From positions 136,137 through 200,136 of the forward strand of contig CATOSZ010000008.1 of the NCBI GenBank assembly GCA_951812805.1: DNA of 64,000 bases, written 5' to 3'. This document shows, piece after piece, positions 20,334 to 32,566 of this stretch. The position numbers and the translations under genes were made by a program. The stretch's first letter is position 1. Every line of letters begins with the position of its first letter. The notes under the pieces were generated by a model. That model had not been told where the DNA came from and did not search any database. It saw only the letters and a list, made by a program, of their open reading frames with translations. Source of the stretch: an uncultured Alphaproteobacteria bacterium (GTDB lineage: Bacteria; Pseudomonadota; Alphaproteobacteria; GCA-2731375).

Positions 20334-21551
20334 GTGGCCATTGAAAAACCGAACTCCTACCGTGCCGGACCGGACGAGGCCGGGCGTTTCGGCATTCACG
20401 GCGGCCGGTTCGTCGCCGAAACCCTGATGCCCCTGATCTTGGAGTTGGAGAGCGCTTATGAGGCGGCCAAGGCGGATCCCGCCTTCCAGGCCGAACTCGA
20501 CGACTACCTCGAGCATTACGTCGGCCGGCCGAGCCCGATGTATTTCGCCGAGCGGCTGACCGAGCATTTCGGTGGCGCCAAGATCTACTTCAAGCGCGAC
20601 GAGCTGAACCACACCGGGGCGCACAAGATCAATAACTGCATGGGGCAGATCCTGCTGGCCCTGCGGATGGGGAAGACGCGGATCATCGCCGAGACGGGCG
20701 CGGGCCAGCATGGCGTCGCGACGGCTACGGTGGCGGCGCGCTTCGGTCTGCCCTGCATCGTCTATATGGGCGAGACGGATATCGAGCGGCAGAAGCCCAA
20801 CGTCTTCCGCATGCGCCTGCTGGGCGCGGAGGTCCGCGCGGTTACCAGTGGCTCGCGGACCTTGAAGGACGCCTTGAACGAGGCGCTGCGCGATTGGGTG
20901 ACCAACGTCGAGGATACCTTCTACATCATCGGCACCGCGGCCGGCCCGCATCCCTATCCAGAGCTGGTGCGCGACTTCCAGGCCGTGATCGGACGCGAGG
21001 CGAAGGCGCAGATGCTGGCGGCGGAGGGCCGGCTGCCGGACACGCTGGTCGCCTGCATCGGCGGCGGCTCCAATGCCATCGGCCTGTTCCATCCCTTCCT
21101 CGACGATACCGACGTGGCGATCTACGGGGTCGAGGCGGCGGGCCGGGGCATCGAGACGGGCGCGCATGCCGCCTCGCTCACGGCCGGCTCGCCCGGCGTG
21201 CTGCATGGCAACCGCACCTATCTGCTGCAGGACGACGACGGCCAGATCATCGAGGCGCACTCGATTTCCGCCGGTCTCGACTATCCCGGCATCGGGCCCG
21301 AGCATTCCTGGCTGAACGATATCGGTCGGGTGCAGTACGTCACGGCAACGGACGACGAAGCGCTCGAGGCCTTCCAGCTCTGCAGCAAGCTGGAAGGGAT
21401 CATTCCGGCGCTGGAGCCGGCCCACGCGCTGGCCCATGTCGCCAGGATCGCGCCGAGCCTGCCGAAGGACCACATCATCTGCATGAACATGTGCGGGCGC
21501 GGCGACAAGGACATCTTCACCGTGGCCGACGCCCTGGAGGTGACGCTGTGA
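20334..21551 (+). CDS. trpB: Tryptophan synthase beta chain
   Basis: [51 protein letters not shown]. Confidence 0.98.
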   Translation: MAIEKPNSYRAGPDEAGRFGIHGGRFVAETLMPLILELESAYEAAKADPAFQAELDDYLEHYVGRPSPMYFAERLTEHFGGAKIYFKRDELNHTGAHKINNCMGQILLALRMGKTRIIAETGAGQHGVATATVAARFGLPCIVYMGETDIERQKPNVFRMRLLGAEVRAVTSGSRTLKDALNEALRDWVTNVEDTFYIIGTAAGPHPYPELVRDFQAVIGREAKAQMLAAEGRLPDTLVACIGGGSNAIGLFHPFLDDTDVAIYGVEAAGRGIETGAHAASLTAGSPGVLHGNRTYLLQDDDGQIIEAHSISAGLDYPGIGPEHSWLNDIGRVQYVTATDDEALEAFQLCSKLEGIIPALEPAHALAHVARIAPSLPKDHIICMNMCGRGDKDIFTVADALEVTL

Positions 21552-22396
21552 GCGGCGGGGCGGAACGGATCGCGGCCCGCTTCCAGGCGCTTCGTGCCGA
21601 AGGTCGCGCGGGCCTGATCACCTTTTTGACGGCGGGCGATCCGAACTACGAGGTGGCGCGCGACATCCTCTTCGGCCTGCCGGAGGCCGGCGTCGACCTG
21701 ATCGAGATCGGCATGCCGTTCACCGACCCGATGGCCGACGGTCCGACCATCCAGCTCGCCAGCCGGCGGGCGTTGGACGCCGGCATGACGGTCACACGGA
21801 CCCTGGAGCTCGTCACCGAGTTCCGCGCCCGCGACCGGGAAACGCCGATCATCCTGATGGGCTATTACAACCCGATCCATCACCGCGGCGTCGACAAATT
21901 CCTGGCCGAGGCGGGGGCGGCGGGCGTCGACGGCATGATCATCGTCGACCTGCCGCCGGAGGAGGACGCGGAACTCTGCCTGCCGGCATTGCAGGCCGGC
22001 CTAAGCTTCATCCGCCTGGCGACGCCGACGACGGACGATGCGCGCCTGCCCGCGGTCCTCACCAACACCTCGGGCTTTGTCTACTACGTCTCCTATACCG
22101 GCATTACCGGCGCTCGGACCCTCGACGAAGCTCAGGTCGCCGCGTCGTTGGCCCGTCTGCGCCGGCACACGGAGCTGCCGCTGGCGGTCGGCTTCGGCAT
22201 TCGTGAACCGGAACAGGCCGCCGCCGTCGCCCGGGTGGCGGATGCGGTGGTTGTCGGCTCCGCCCTGGTCGATATCATCCGCGGGGCGGCGGAGTCCGAT
22301 GGGGGCATCGATGCCGGCCTGCCGGGCCGGGTCCATGACGCGGTGCGGGCGCTGGCGCGTGGTGTCAGGGGTGCACGAATGGGCGGTGAAGGGTAG
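21548..22396 (+). CDS. trpA: Tryptophan synthase alpha chain
   Basis: [45 protein letters not shown]; GTG start overlapping the trpB stop. Confidence 0.97.
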   Translation: MSGGAERIAARFQALRAEGRAGLITFLTAGDPNYEVARDILFGLPEAGVDLIEIGMPFTDPMADGPTIQLASRRALDAGMTVTRTLELVTEFRARDRETPIILMGYYNPIHHRGVDKFLAEAGAAGVDGMIIVDLPPEEDAELCLPALQAGLSFIRLATPTTDDARLPAVLTNTSGFVYYVSYTGITGARTLDEAQVAASLARLRRHTELPLAVGFGIREPEQAAAVARVADAVVVGSALVDIIRGAAESDGGIDAGLPGRVHDAVRALARGVRGARMGGEG

Positions 22397-22407
22397 GATT
22401 TCCAGTC

Positions 22408-23631
22408 ATGAACTGGCTCACGAATTTCGTCCGGCCGAAGATCCGCGCCCTCGTTCGTCGCAAGGAGGTGCCGGACAAGCTTTGGATCAAGTGTTCCGAC
22501 TGCGGTCAGATGCTGCATCACAAGGCGGTGGCCGAGGCGAACTTCGTCTGTCCCGAGTGCGATCATCATATGCGCCTCGGCGCGCGCGATCGCTTCAAAG
22601 GCCTGTTCGACGACGGGGTCTTCGCCGAACTGGCGGTGCCCGCGGTGCCGGCCGACCCCCTGAAGTTCCGTGATTCCAAACGCTATGTCGACCGGCTGAA
22701 GGATACCCGGGCGAAGACCGGGCAGGACGACGCCGTGGTCGTCGGGCGCGGCCGGATGGGTGGACACGCCGCCGTCGTCGCCTGTCAGACCTTCGAGTTT
22801 CTCGGCGGCTCCATGGGCATGGCCGCGGGCGAGGCGGTGATCGCCGCCGCCCGCGCCGCGATCGAGGACGATGCGGCGTTGATCGTCGTCACGGCGGCGG
22901 GTGGTGCGCGCATGCAGGAAGGCATCCTCTCCCTCATGCAGATGCCGCGCACGACCATCGCCGTGCAGATGGCACGTGAGGCCGGGCTGCCCTACATCGT
23001 CGTGCTGACCGATCCGACCACGGGGGGCGTCACCGCCTCCTACGCCATGCTGGGCGATATCACCATCGCCGAGCCTGGCGCGCTGATCGGCTTCGCCGGG
23101 CCCCGGGTGATCGAAAGCACGATCCGCGAGCAGCTGCCCGACGGCTTCCAGCGGGCCGAGTACCTGCTGGAACACGGCATGATCGACATGGTCGTCCACC
23201 GCCACGAATTGCGCGAGACTTTGGTTCGCATCGTCGGCCTGCTGCGCAATCGCGATACCCGGATGAGCGAGGTGCCGGACATTGAGGCAGCGGATCCGGA
23301 ACCTGTCCTGCCGGAGCCGGAGATCGTCGAGGACGATGCCGTGGCCGTCGAGGCGATTCCGGTCGAATCGGATGTCGAGGCGCCGGACCCGGAAGACGAC
23401 ACCGTCGTCGAGGTGACGGCAACCGACGAAGGCGAGGCGGTCGACCCGCCGGAGGCGGAACCAGATGACATCGAGGTCCCGGTGGCGGTGGAACCCGTGT
23501 CCGGAGACGAGACCGAAGTCGAAGTCGAACCCGAAGCCGTGGTCGACGAAGAGACGCCGCCTGTCGATCCGGAGCTCGAGATCCCCGAGCCGGTCGCCGA
23601 GGACGGGGCGCCCAAACGGCCCGATGCCTGA
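22408..23631 (+). CDS. accD: Acetyl-CoA carboxylase carboxyltransferase beta subunit with long acidic C-terminal extension
   Basis: LWIKC..C...C..C zinc finger, [45 protein letters not shown]. Confidence 0.96.
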   Translation: MNWLTNFVRPKIRALVRRKEVPDKLWIKCSDCGQMLHHKAVAEANFVCPECDHHMRLGARDRFKGLFDDGVFAELAVPAVPADPLKFRDSKRYVDRLKDTRAKTGQDDAVVVGRGRMGGHAAVVACQTFEFLGGSMGMAAGEAVIAAARAAIEDDAALIVVTAAGGARMQEGILSLMQMPRTTIAVQMAREAGLPYIVVLTDPTTGGVTASYAMLGDITIAEPGALIGFAGPRVIESTIREQLPDGFQRAEYLLEHGMIDMVVHRHELRETLVRIVGLLRNRDTRMSEVPDIEAADPEPVLPEPEIVEDDAVAVEAIPVESDVEAPDPEDDTVVEVTATDEGEAVDPPEAEPDDIEVPVAVEPVSGDETEVEVEPEAVVDEETPPVDPELEIPEPVAEDGAPKRPDA

Positions 23632-24949
23632 GGCGGCCGGGGACGAGGGCCTGGCCGGTGCGCTGCGTCGTATGGAGGCCTTGCATCCCCGCGTCATCGA
23701 TCTGACGCTCGGCCGGATCGAACGTCTGCTGGCCGCCCTCGACCATCCCGAACGCCGGCTGCCGCCGGTGGTGCATGTCGCCGGTACCAACGGCAAGGGA
23801 TCGACGATCGCCTATATGCGTGCCGGCCTCGAGGCGGCGGGTTACCGGGTGCATGTCTACACTTCGCCCCATCTCGTGCGCTTCAACGAGCGGATCCGCC
23901 TCGCCGGTGCGATCATCGCGGACGATCATCTGCGCGAGCTGATCGAACGGGCCGAAACCGTCAACGACGGCGCCGAGATTACGTTCTTCGAGATCACCAC
24001 GGCCGTGGCCTATCTGGCGTTTGCCGAGACGCCGGCGGACATTCTGTTGCTGGAAACCGGCCTCGGTGGCCGGCTTGACGCGACCAACGTCATTCCCGCC
24101 CCGGCGCTGTCCGTCATCACGCCGATCAGCCTCGATCATCAGCAGTTTCTCGGCGACAGTTTGCTGGAGATCGCCGGCGAGAAGGCTGGGATCCTGAAGG
24201 CCGGGACGCCGGCGGTGTTCGGCCCGCAATCGGCCACCGTCCTCGACGTGCTGCAGGCCCGGGCCCGGGGACTGGGCCTGCAACCCATGACCCATGGTGC
24301 CGGCTGGCGGGCGCGGCTGGAGGCGGGAAAGCTGATCTATCAATCGGCGGCGGGTGAACGGGTGTTTCCCCGCCCCGGTCTGGCGGGCGCCTATCAGGCG
24401 GAGAATGCCGGCCTCGCCGTCGCGGCGCTCAGTCGGTTGACGGCCTTCGAGGTCGACGACGCGGCGATCGGCCGGGGTTTCGAACAGGTGGAATGGCCGG
24501 CGCGCCTGCAACGTCTCACGCAGGGGCCTCTGATCGACGCGGGCCCCGCGGGGATGGAGCTATGGCTCGACGGCGGCCATAACGCGGGCGCCGGCGCGGC
24601 ATTGGCGGCGACCCTGCTCGACTGGACCATCGACGACCTGGTGCCCCGACCCCTCTATGTCGTGTTCGGGATGGTGGTCTCGAAGGACCCGGCGGGCTTC
24701 CTCGGCCCGCTGGCGGCGCTGTCGCCGAAACTCGCCTATGTGACGATTCCGGGCGACCACCAGAACCTGGCGGCGGACGTCGCCTGCGAGGCGGCGCGTG
24801 GCCTCGGCCTCGACGTGCGCGAGATGGGGGACCTGGCCGGGGCGATGGCCTGGATCGAAGCCGAAACGGCGCGCACGGGCGTGCCGCCGCGCGTCCTCAT
24901 CGCCGGCTCGCTCTATCTCGCGGGTGTGGTTCTGGCCGAGAACGCCTGA
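23624..24949 (+). CDS. folC: Folylpolyglutamate synthase / dihydrofolate synthase
   Basis: [55 protein letters not shown]. Confidence 0.96.
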   Translation: MPEAAGDEGLAGALRRMEALHPRVIDLTLGRIERLLAALDHPERRLPPVVHVAGTNGKGSTIAYMRAGLEAAGYRVHVYTSPHLVRFNERIRLAGAIIADDHLRELIERAETVNDGAEITFFEITTAVAYLAFAETPADILLLETGLGGRLDATNVIPAPALSVITPISLDHQQFLGDSLLEIAGEKAGILKAGTPAVFGPQSATVLDVLQARARGLGLQPMTHGAGWRARLEAGKLIYQSAAGERVFPRPGLAGAYQAENAGLAVAALSRLTAFEVDDAAIGRGFEQVEWPARLQRLTQGPLIDAGPAGMELWLDGGHNAGAGAALAATLLDWTIDDLVPRPLYVVFGMVVSKDPAGFLGPLAALSPKLAYVTIPGDHQNLAADVACEAARGLGLDVREMGDLAGAMAWIEAETARTGVPPRVLIAGSLYLAGVVLAENA

Positions 24950-24968
24950 CGCGTCGACGCCACGTCGA

Positions 24969-25289
24969 TCAGATCGACGAATTGATCCATTCGACGATCT
25001 TGCTCTTCGGCGCGGCGCCGACCTTGGTCGAGGCCACTTCACCGTCCTTGAACAGGATCAGCGTCGGAATGCCGCGGACCTGGTACTTGGCGGGCGTCGA
25101 GGGATTATCGTCGATATTGATCTTGGCGACGGTCAATTTACCGCCCATTTCGCTGGCGATTTCCTCCAACGCGGGCGCGATCTGTTTGCAGGGCATGCAC
25201 CATTCGGCCCAGAAATCGACGAGCACTGGCTCATTCGAGTTGAGGACGTCCTGATCGAAGGATGAATCGCTGACGGGCTTGCTGGTCAT
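24969..25289 (-). CDS. trxA: Thioredoxin
   Basis: [14 protein letters not shown] (active site WCMPC rather than WCGPC), RGIPTL; downstream of addA. Confidence 0.95.
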   Translation of the reverse strand: MTSKPVSDSSFDQDVLNSNEPVLVDFWAEWCMPCKQIAPALEEIASEMGGKLTVAKINIDDNPSTPAKYQVRGIPTLILFKDGEVASTKVGAAPKSKIVEWINSSI

Positions 25290-25377
25290 GGGTTTTCCCC
25301 TGATGTCTTGCGGTTGTTTCGCCTCCCGGCCCGCACGCGGGCCCTTGCTCGAAAGGTAGGTGGCGGCGCGGGGGTCG

Positions 25378-28300
25378 TCAAGGCAGGTGGCGGTCGAGCA
25401 GCGCGTCGGGGATTGCCATCAGCCGGGGCGCCGCGGTCCACAGCAGGGCGGCGCGCAGGCGGCGGTCTGGATAGACCTCGGCCAGCAGGGCCCGATAGAG
25501 CGCGAGCTGCGCGAGATAGGTCCGGGAGACGTCGGCGGCCGCCGTAGGGGGCGGCCGGTTGCTCTTGTAGTCCACGATCAGCACCGCCTCGTCCGTGACC
25601 GCCAGGCGGTCGATCTGGCCGGTGACGACGTGCCCGCCGACCAGGCCGGTGATCGGAACCTCCGCCCGGCTGCCGGGCGCGAAAAGGGGGGCGAAGGCGC
25701 CGTCCTCCAATACCGCCAGGGCCTCGGCTGCGAGGTCGCCGCGCGCGGCGTCGTCCGTCACGCCGGCGCGAATCAGCAGCCGCTCGGCGAGGGCGGCGCG
25801 TTCGGCGGGGGCGACGTCCGGCATGTGTTGCAGCAGGCGATGCAGCAGATTGCCCCGGCGGAAGCGGGCGGCTTGCCCCGGGCCGAGGGGCGAGGCCACC
25901 GGCGGCGCCTCCGCTTCGACGCCGGATGGGGCGAGGGGTCGCGGCGGCACCGGTTCGGCCGGCGCCGGTGCCTCCAGCCAGTCCGGTCGCGGTTGCACCG
26001 CAATTGACTGGTCTTCGGGTTCGGCCTTTCGCACGGCGTCGGCCAGTTGGGGCGTTTCGTAGCGCAGCATCTCGCGCCCGTCGCCGAGTGATACGGGCCG
26101 GCCGAGGCGTGCCATCGCGCGGGCGATCAGGTCGTACCAGCAGCCCTCCGGCAGCGTCTTGTGAACCTGCCAACCGGCGACGTACAGCCGGTCGCGCGCC
26201 CGGGTCATCGCGACGTAGAGCAGGCGGCGATATTCGCGTTCCCGCTCCCGCGTGGCGGCGGCCTTCAGCTCGTTGCAATGGTCCGGTTCGATCCGCGTGC
26301 GCGGCACCCAAAAGAGCAGTTCGCGCTCATCCGCGCCCACCCCGTCGTCGAAATAGAGCGGCAGGTCCGGGCGTGGCTTGCGCACGGTATCGGCCAGGAT
26401 GACGATCGGCGCCTCCTGCCCTTTGGCACCGTGCACGGTCATGATGCGAACCTCGCCCCGGCCGCGATCCAGGTCGCGTTTGACCTCGCCGCGCCCGGTC
26501 TCGATCCAGTGCAGAAGGCCCTGTAGCGAGGGCGTGTGCTGTTGCTCGTGCGCCAGGGTCAGCGCGAGGAATTCGTCGATCGCCTCGTCGGCCTCGCGGC
26601 CCAACCGTTCCAGCAGCCGTCGCCGGCCGCCGTCGACGTCCAGAACGGTCGAGAAGAATTCGTAAGGCGCCGTGAAGTCGCCCGCCGCCCGCCAGGCGGC
26701 GAGCCGGCGGTACGCCTCCGCCAATTCCGCATCGCCCGGGGCGCGGCGGATCAGGCTGCGCCAGAGGTTGTGGCCTTTCGCGCGGTCATGGGCGCAGCGA
26801 TAGAGTGCCGCCTCGTCGAGCCCGACCAGCGGGCTTTTCAGCAAGGCGGCGAGGTTGAGGTCGTCCTCCGGCAGCAGCGTGAAGCGGCCGAGCGCCAGCA
26901 GGTCCATCACCGCCAGTTGCTCCGCCAGCACCATGCGATCGATGCCGGCGACAGGCACCTGTTTTTGTTTCAGGCGGCGGACCACCTCGTCGATGAAGGG
27001 GCCGCGGCGTTGGACCAGGATCATGATGTCGCCGGGCTCGATGGGCCGGCCCTCGGCGGCCAGTTCCTCGCCCCTCTCAAGCCAGCCGCGAATTCGCGTG
27101 GCGATGTCTTCGGCGAGACGGACGAGGGGCGGGGCTACACGCTCCTGCGCCACCGGCGGGGCCCAGGTGTCCGCGGTCTCGGCCTCCTCCGGTACCTCGG
27201 GCGGCCAGAGTTCGACCAGCCCGCCGTCGGCGCGACGGAACGGTTCGTGCCGGTCCGTCGTGCCGGGCGCGATGACACCATCGCGTGCCGCCTCGTCGGC
27301 GAAGACCTCGTCCACGATATCGAGCACCGCAGGCGTCGAGCGGAAGGACAGGATCAGATCGACCGGGCGCAGCGCTTCGCCGACCGCGCCGGCGCGGGAC
27401 TGGAAATGGCTCTCCATATCGATGAAGCCCTGCGGATCGGCCCGCTGGAATCCGTAGATCGATTGTTTGGGGTCGCCGACGGCGAACACGGTGCGGCGGG
27501 TCTCCCTTGCGCCCTCGCCGGAGAAGAACTCCTCCGCGATGGCGCGGACGATCTCCCACTGTTCGGGATTGGTGTCCTGCGCCTCGTCGATCAGCACGTG
27601 GTCGATGCCGCCGTCGAGCTTGTAGAGCACCCAGGGCGCACGGGCGGGATCGGCCAGCAGGTTGCGGGTCGCCAGGATCAGGTCGTCGAAGTCGACCAGC
27701 CCACGCCGACGCTTCTCGTCCTCGTAACGGTCGATCAGCCGGAGGCCGAGACCGAGCACCGCGGCGCTGGCCTCGACCACCGCGAGGGCGCGAAGCTTCT
27801 GATCGAGGGCGACGATGCGCGCCTGCTCGCCGGCCAGCAGGTCCGCCGCTTCCGGCGCGATTGCCAGCGTCTGCTTGGTGACCAGGCGGGCACGTGGTGC
27901 GCCGTCGGCCGTCAGGAAGACGTTCATATAGTCGTCCAGGGCCTCGACCCTTTCCCCGGGTTGCTCGAGCCAGGCCGCGATCCGCGCGGCCGATTGGCGG
28001 TCAGTCTTGGATCCCTCCGCCATCGCTTCGGCGATACGATAGAGCTCCGCCCCGTCGAACGACTCTTCGGCGACGGCGTGGCGCCTGACGCCGTCGGGAT
28101 CGTCGTCGGGGGCGAGGCCGAGGCGGGCGCGCATGGCATCGAGGACGTCGTTCAGGCCGCCACCGCCCCCGCCCCCGCCCCCGCCCCCGCCCCCGCCCCC
28201 GCCCCCGCCACTGCCACTGCCACTGCCACTGCCCCCGCCACTGCCCCGGGCCAGGCGCTGGAGACGTGCCCGCTCCGCCGTCAGCGTGCGCATCAGCCCC

Positions 28301-28887
28301 ATGTAGCGTTCCTCGTCGACATGGGCGGCGAGCACGGCGCTGCGGCCGCCGCCGGCGGCGACATCCTCCGCCAGCACCCGTTCGCGCGCCTCGGCCAGCA
28401 GCTCGTCGGCCGTACGTTCGTCCAGAACGGCGAAATGCGGGGGCAGCAGCGCCTCGATCGGAAAGCGGGCCAGCAGGGACTGGCAGAAGGCGTGAATGGT
28501 CTGGATCGCCATGCCGCCCGGCGAGTCCAGCACCCGGCAGAACAGGCGGCGGGCGAGGTCGGTGTCGTGCAGCTCGCCCGGCCGGCCGGTCAGCTCGAAC
28601 AGCGCGTCTCGCAGCGCCACATCGTTCATCACCGCCCACTCCCCCAGCCGTCGGTGCAGCCGGTTGGCCATTTCCGCCGCCGCGGTCTTGGTGAAGGTCA
28701 GGCAGAGGATGCGTTCCGGCGGCGCGCCGGCCAGCATCAGCCGCAATACGCGTGAGGTCAGCACGTGTGTCTTGCCGGTGCCGGCGGAGGCGGAAACCCA
28801 GCTCGAAGTTTCCGGATCGCTCGCCATCGTCTGGCGGTCGATCGCCGGTATCGGAGCGGGGGAGCCCGTCGTCGGTGGCCGGGTCAT
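25378..28887 (-). CDS. addA: Double-strand break repair helicase-nuclease AddA
   Basis: [70 protein letters not shown]...VDYKS. Confidence 0.96.
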   Translation of the reverse strand: MTRPPTTGSPAPIPAIDRQTMASDPETSSWVSASAGTGKTHVLTSRVLRLMLAGAPPERILCLTFTKTAAAEMANRLHRRLGEWAVMNDVALRDALFELTGRPGELHDTDLARRLFCRVLDSPGGMAIQTIHAFCQSLLARFPIEALLPPHFAVLDERTADELLAEARERVLAEDVAAGGGRSAVLAAHVDEERYMGLMRTLTAERARLQRLARGSGGGSGSGSGSGGGGGGGGGGGGGGGGGGLNDVLDAMRARLGLAPDDDPDGVRRHAVAEESFDGAELYRIAEAMAEGSKTDRQSAARIAAWLEQPGERVEALDDYMNVFLTADGAPRARLVTKQTLAIAPEAADLLAGEQARIVALDQKLRALAVVEASAAVLGLGLRLIDRYEDEKRRRGLVDFDDLILATRNLLADPARAPWVLYKLDGGIDHVLIDEAQDTNPEQWEIVRAIAEEFFSGEGARETRRTVFAVGDPKQSIYGFQRADPQGFIDMESHFQSRAGAVGEALRPVDLILSFRSTPAVLDIVDEVFADEAARDGVIAPGTTDRHEPFRRADGGLVELWPPEVPEEAETADTWAPPVAQERVAPPLVRLAEDIATRIRGWLERGEELAAEGRPIEPGDIMILVQRRGPFIDEVVRRLKQKQVPVAGIDRMVLAEQLAVMDLLALGRFTLLPEDDLNLAALLKSPLVGLDEAALYRCAHDRAKGHNLWRSLIRRAPGDAELAEAYRRLAAWRAAGDFTAPYEFFSTVLDVDGGRRRLLERLGREADEAIDEFLALTLAHEQQHTPSLQGLLHWIETGRGEVKRDLDRGRGEVRIMTVHGAKGQEAPIVILADTVRKPRPDLPLYFDDGVGADERELLFWVPRTRIEPDHCNELKAAATREREREYRRLLYVAMTRARDRLYVAGWQVHKTLPEGCWYDLIARAMARLGRPVSLGDGREMLRYETPQLADAVRKAEPEDQSIAVQPRPDWLEAPAPAEPVPPRPLAPSGVEAEAPPVASPLGPGQAARFRRGNLLHRLLQHMPDVAPAERAALAERLLIRAGVTDDAARGDLAAEALAVLEDGAFAPLFAPGSRAEVPITGLVGGHVVTGQIDRLAVTDEAVLIVDYKSNRPPPTAAADVSRTYLAQLALYRALLAEVYPDRRLRAALLWTAAPRLMAIPDALLDRHLP
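28156..28245 (-). repeat. In-frame hexamer microsatellite (GCCCCC)7(GCCACT)4... encoding a Gly/Ser linker in AddA
   Basis: Seven GCCCCC units at 28165-28206 and four GCCACT units at 28207-28230; the protein has a GS-repeat stretch followed by a long poly-Gly run. Confidence 0.95.
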
Positions 28888-31832
28888 TCTCCGCCCTCCG
28901 CCACGCCGCCCCATTCCGCCAGGCGGGCGAGGTGGCCATAGTCCGAGAAACGGGGCGCCGCGCGTGGCCGGGGCCGGGCGCGATAGGGGGTTTCGGGATC
29001 GTCAAAGGCGACGACGAGACCGGCGAGGCCGGCCCGCGCCGCCTCGGCCGCATCCTCCGCGTCGAGCTTCAAGGTCCGCACCCGTCCCGCCGGCTGGCCT
29101 CCGCCGAGTTGCCAGTAGGCGAGGCCGTCGACGCGTCCCGCCGGCACCCCGTCGAAGCCGCCCGCCCGCGCGATCGCCGCCTCGAGAGGCAGTTGCGGGG
29201 CGAAGCCTTGGGCGACCTCCCGCTCGCCGGGCGGCTGCCCGGTCTTGTAGTCGATGACGATCAGTCCGCCGTCGCTGGCCCGATCGATGCGGTCGGCGCG
29301 CGCGACCAGGGTGAAGTCGCCGCCCGGCCCCGGCAGCACCAGGCGCCCTTCCGCCTCGTTGCCGAGCGGGCGCGCCTCGGCCCGATGGCCTCGTTCATGG
29401 GCGATGAACCATTCCGCCACCCGCTCGAAGCGAGGCCACCAGAAGGCGCGAATTCCCGGGCGGCGCAGCAGATCGCCGAATGCCGTGCGGCCGTGTTCCA
29501 GCAGACGGGCGAGCGCGTCGTCGGGCACGTCGTCCGGATAGTCGCGGGTAAAGGCCTCGAGGGCCGCGTGAATGGCGCTGCCCCGGTCGGCCGCGCCCGC
29601 ATCGGCATCGATCTCGTCGAGCGCACGCAGCCCCAGGATATGGCGGGCGTAGATCGCATAGGGGTCACGCATCCAGGTTTCGATCTGCGTCGCGGAGAGG
29701 CTGCGCGGCCGGGCGGCGAGCGGCGGGCGCGGCGCGGGCGGCGGGGTCGGCGCATAGCGGGTCGGCGCCGAAAGATCCTCGCGCCAGGCCTCCCAGCCGG
29801 GTATCGGTGCGCCCCAGGCGGTGAGCCCGGCCCCCGCCGCCACGACATCGAGCCGGGTCAGCCAGCGCGACGGTACGGTTTCCGTCCCTTCGACCTTCTG
29901 TGCCCGTGTCAGCACGACATGCGGGGCCGAGGCCGCCTGAACGAAGTCGTGCGCGGCGAGACCGATGCGCCGTTCGGGCGAGGGCAGGCCGGCGCGGGCG
30001 CGCATGGGTCGGCTGAGCCACGGGTCGACCTCCGCCTCCGCCGGCCACACCCCTTCGTTCAGGCCGCTCAGGACCAGCATGTCGACGGCTTGCAGGCGCG
30101 CCTCCAGCGGTCCCCAGATGTGCAGCCGGGGGTGGCGGCCGTGCGTCGGGCGGACGACCCGGCCGGCCATCAGCTCCGCGAACATGGCCGGATGGCCGGC
30201 GGCTTCGACAGGGCGGAGGCCGGGCGCCGCTTCGCCGATCTCGTACGCTAGATCGCCCGCCGCCTCGCCCGCCCTGCCGTCCCAGAGGAGGGGGCGGGCG
30301 TTCTCGTCACGGCTCAGGGCCTCGGCGGCGGCGAAGTGGGCCTCGGCCAGATCCTCGAAACGGGCCTGGCCGGCCTGGACGAGCGCCTGGTACGGTGCGG
30401 CTGCCGCTTCCAACCGGTCCAGCAGCGGATGCAGGGCGCGCGTCGCGCCATCGTCGTCGCGGAGCAAGTCGCGCAGCCCCCGAAGGCCGGCCGCCGGGCG
30501 GGACCCCCTGAGCGCACGCAACTCCAAGCCACGTGCCCGGGCCCGCGCGCGGGCCGGCGTCATGCCGGCGCGAAACAACGGATGCTTCATCAAGGCCAAC
30601 AGGGGGACCGGCGCGAACGCGGCGGCCATGGCTTCGGCCACCAGGCGAAGGAACACGCCGACAGGGGTGCGGGCGAGCGGCAGGCCGGCGGAATCGTCGA
30701 TCTCCACCCCCCAGCGGCGCAGCAGCACGACGACCCGGCGTGCCAGCTCCCGGTCCGGCGTCACCAACGCGGCGGTGGCGCCCGGTCGCTCCAGCGTCTC
30801 GCGCAGGCGCAGGGCGATGATCTCCGCCTCCTCGCGCGAGCTCAGGCAGACGTGCCGCTCGAACCCGTCGACCGCTTCGGCGGGCAGCGCCGGCAACGCC
30901 CGCCAGGCCTGGCTGGTTTCCGCCGGGCGCATGGCCTCGCGCAGGAGGTGGGCGCGGTGACCGGCGGCGGCGGTGGGCGCGAGCGACCAGGGCCAGGGGC
31001 GCACCGCGTCACGGTCGACCTCCAGGCGGGCGAGAAGCTGTTTCAGGCCGCCTTGATGATGGCCTTCGCCGAGGGCGGCCCAGCTTTCGGGATCGAGTTC
31101 CGCGTCGAGGCCGGGCAGGACCACGGCGCCCTTGGGCAGGCGGGCGACGACGTCGAGCAGTTCCGCCGTCGCCGGGATGCTGCCGGTCGACCCCGCGGCG
31201 ATGACGGGCGCGTCGGGTGGTGCCCGGCGCCAGGCCTCGGCCCGCCGGCGGATCATGGCGTTGCGCCGCGCCACCCCTTCCATCGCGCCCTCCGCGTCCA
31301 GCAGGCCGCGCCACGGCGCGTCGAGGATCTGCAGGAAGGCGAGGGTCTGGCGCCAGTGGTCGGCGAACTCGTCCGGCACAAGGTCGCGCAGGTCCTCGAG
31401 GCTTCGGTCCTCGCGGGCGAGCAGGTCGAGCAGGCGGGCGAGATCGCCGGCGAGGCCGAGGGCGCGGGCGGCGTCCAACCGGCCCATCACGCCGCTGCCG
31501 CGGACCAGCTCCGCCAGTAAGAGCTGGCGCCGGGCCGGGCTCGGCGCCGGTGGGAGGTCGAGGGCGAGCGGGTCCTCGAAGGCCTCGACCAGCAGTTCGT
31601 CCTCGTCCCCGTCGCCGAGAGGGCGCAAAGTCGGCAGCAGCATCGCCCGGCCCGCACTCCGGCGCAGGAAGGCTTCGGCGAGCGCGCGGCAGGCGCGCCG
31701 GGTCGGCAAGAGGACCGTCATCGCCGACAGCCGGCCCGGATCGCCCTCGGCCATGGCGAGCAGACCGCGGGCGAGGTCGTCGAGGAAGGGCGCGCCGGGG
31801 GGGATCGAATAGAGGGTGGGCGCGTCGCTCAT
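28884..31832 (-). CDS. addB: Double-strand break repair protein AddB
   Basis: LYSIPPGAPFLDDLA, LPTRRA, AGSTGSIPATA, LVTPDR, LNEGVWP, RDPYAIYA, RADRID...IDYKTG. Confidence 0.95.
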   Translation of the reverse strand: MSDAPTLYSIPPGAPFLDDLARGLLAMAEGDPGRLSAMTVLLPTRRACRALAEAFLRRSAGRAMLLPTLRPLGDGDEDELLVEAFEDPLALDLPPAPSPARRQLLLAELVRGSGVMGRLDAARALGLAGDLARLLDLLAREDRSLEDLRDLVPDEFADHWRQTLAFLQILDAPWRGLLDAEGAMEGVARRNAMIRRRAEAWRRAPPDAPVIAAGSTGSIPATAELLDVVARLPKGAVVLPGLDAELDPESWAALGEGHHQGGLKQLLARLEVDRDAVRPWPWSLAPTAAAGHRAHLLREAMRPAETSQAWRALPALPAEAVDGFERHVCLSSREEAEIIALRLRETLERPGATAALVTPDRELARRVVVLLRRWGVEIDDSAGLPLARTPVGVFLRLVAEAMAAAFAPVPLLALMKHPLFRAGMTPARARARARGLELRALRGSRPAAGLRGLRDLLRDDDGATRALHPLLDRLEAAAAPYQALVQAGQARFEDLAEAHFAAAEALSRDENARPLLWDGRAGEAAGDLAYEIGEAAPGLRPVEAAGHPAMFAELMAGRVVRPTHGRHPRLHIWGPLEARLQAVDMLVLSGLNEGVWPAEAEVDPWLSRPMRARAGLPSPERRIGLAAHDFVQAASAPHVVLTRAQKVEGTETVPSRWLTRLDVVAAGAGLTAWGAPIPGWEAWREDLSAPTRYAPTPPPAPRPPLAARPRSLSATQIETWMRDPYAIYARHILGLRALDEIDADAGAADRGSAIHAALEAFTRDYPDDVPDDALARLLEHGRTAFGDLLRRPGIRAFWWPRFERVAEWFIAHERGHRAEARPLGNEAEGRLVLPGPGGDFTLVARADRIDRASDGGLIVIDYKTGQPPGEREVAQGFAPQLPLEAAIARAGGFDGVPAGRVDGLAYWQLGGGQPAGRVRTLKLDAEDAAEAARAGLAGLVVAFDDPETPYRARPRPRAAPRFSDYGHLARLAEWGGVAEGGE

Positions 31833-32566
31833 CCGGCGACGTCTCGTTCGCCGAGGGCGCGGCGCGCGGCCTCGAGATTTTCCGGCGTCTTCAGGTTCAG
31901 CCAACGCCCGTCGTGCGCCAGTCCGAACAGGCGGCCGGCCGCCGCGGCCCGGTCGTAGAGCAGATTGAGCGAGAAGGGCACCGCCTCGGTACCGGCGAAG
32001 AGTTCGGGCCGGAGGATCTGCACGCCCGTGAAGACGTACGCCGCCGTTTCGCCGCGGCCGCGGCGGGCGAGGCGACCGTCGGACCGCAGATGAAAGTCGC
32101 CGGCCCCGTCATAGCCGACCGCCTGCGAGACGGGATGCAGCAGGAGCAGGGCGTCCATGCGATTCCCATCAAAACACCGTGACAATCGCTCGAGCGCCGG
32201 GCGCTCACCGTCGAGCCAGAGCGAGATCGCGTTGACGACGAAAAAGGGCCGGGGACCGAGGGTGTCGAGCGCGCGGCGCACGCCGCCACCCGAATCGAGC
32301 AGCCGGTCGCTCTCGTCGGAAAAGGTGATGCGTGGCGTCGACCGGCCCGCCAAATGCTCGCGAACTCGATCCGCCCGGTGGTGCAAATTGACGACGGCAT
32401 GCCCGACGTTCGCCGCCGCCAGATGATCCAGCACCCGGTCGATCGTCGCGTGGCCGGCGACCGGCAGCAAGGACTTCGGCACCGCCTCGCTCAGCGGACG
32501 CATGCGCCGGCCCTGGCCCGCGGCCAGGACCATGGCGGTCGACGGCGAAAATCCTGTCTCGGCGAT
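31829..32566 (-). CDS. murU: Nucleotidyltransferase, MurU-like; start at ATG 32533 or in-frame ATC 32566
   Basis: (A)MVLAAGQGRRMRPL...PK, LLDSGGGV, GDF, YVFTGVQIL; position upstream of addB. Confidence 0.8.
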   Translation of the reverse strand: MAETGFSPSTAMVLAAGQGRRMRPLSEAVPKSLLPVAGHATIDRVLDHLAAANVGHAVVNLHHRADRVREHLAGRSTPRITFSDESDRLLDSGGGVRRALDTLGPRPFFVVNAISLWLDGERPALERLSRCFDGNRMDALLLLHPVSQAVGYDGAGDFHLRSDGRLARRGRGETAAYVFTGVQILRPELFAGTEAVPFSLNLLYDRAAAAGRLFGLAHDGRWLNLKTPENLEAARRALGERDVAG

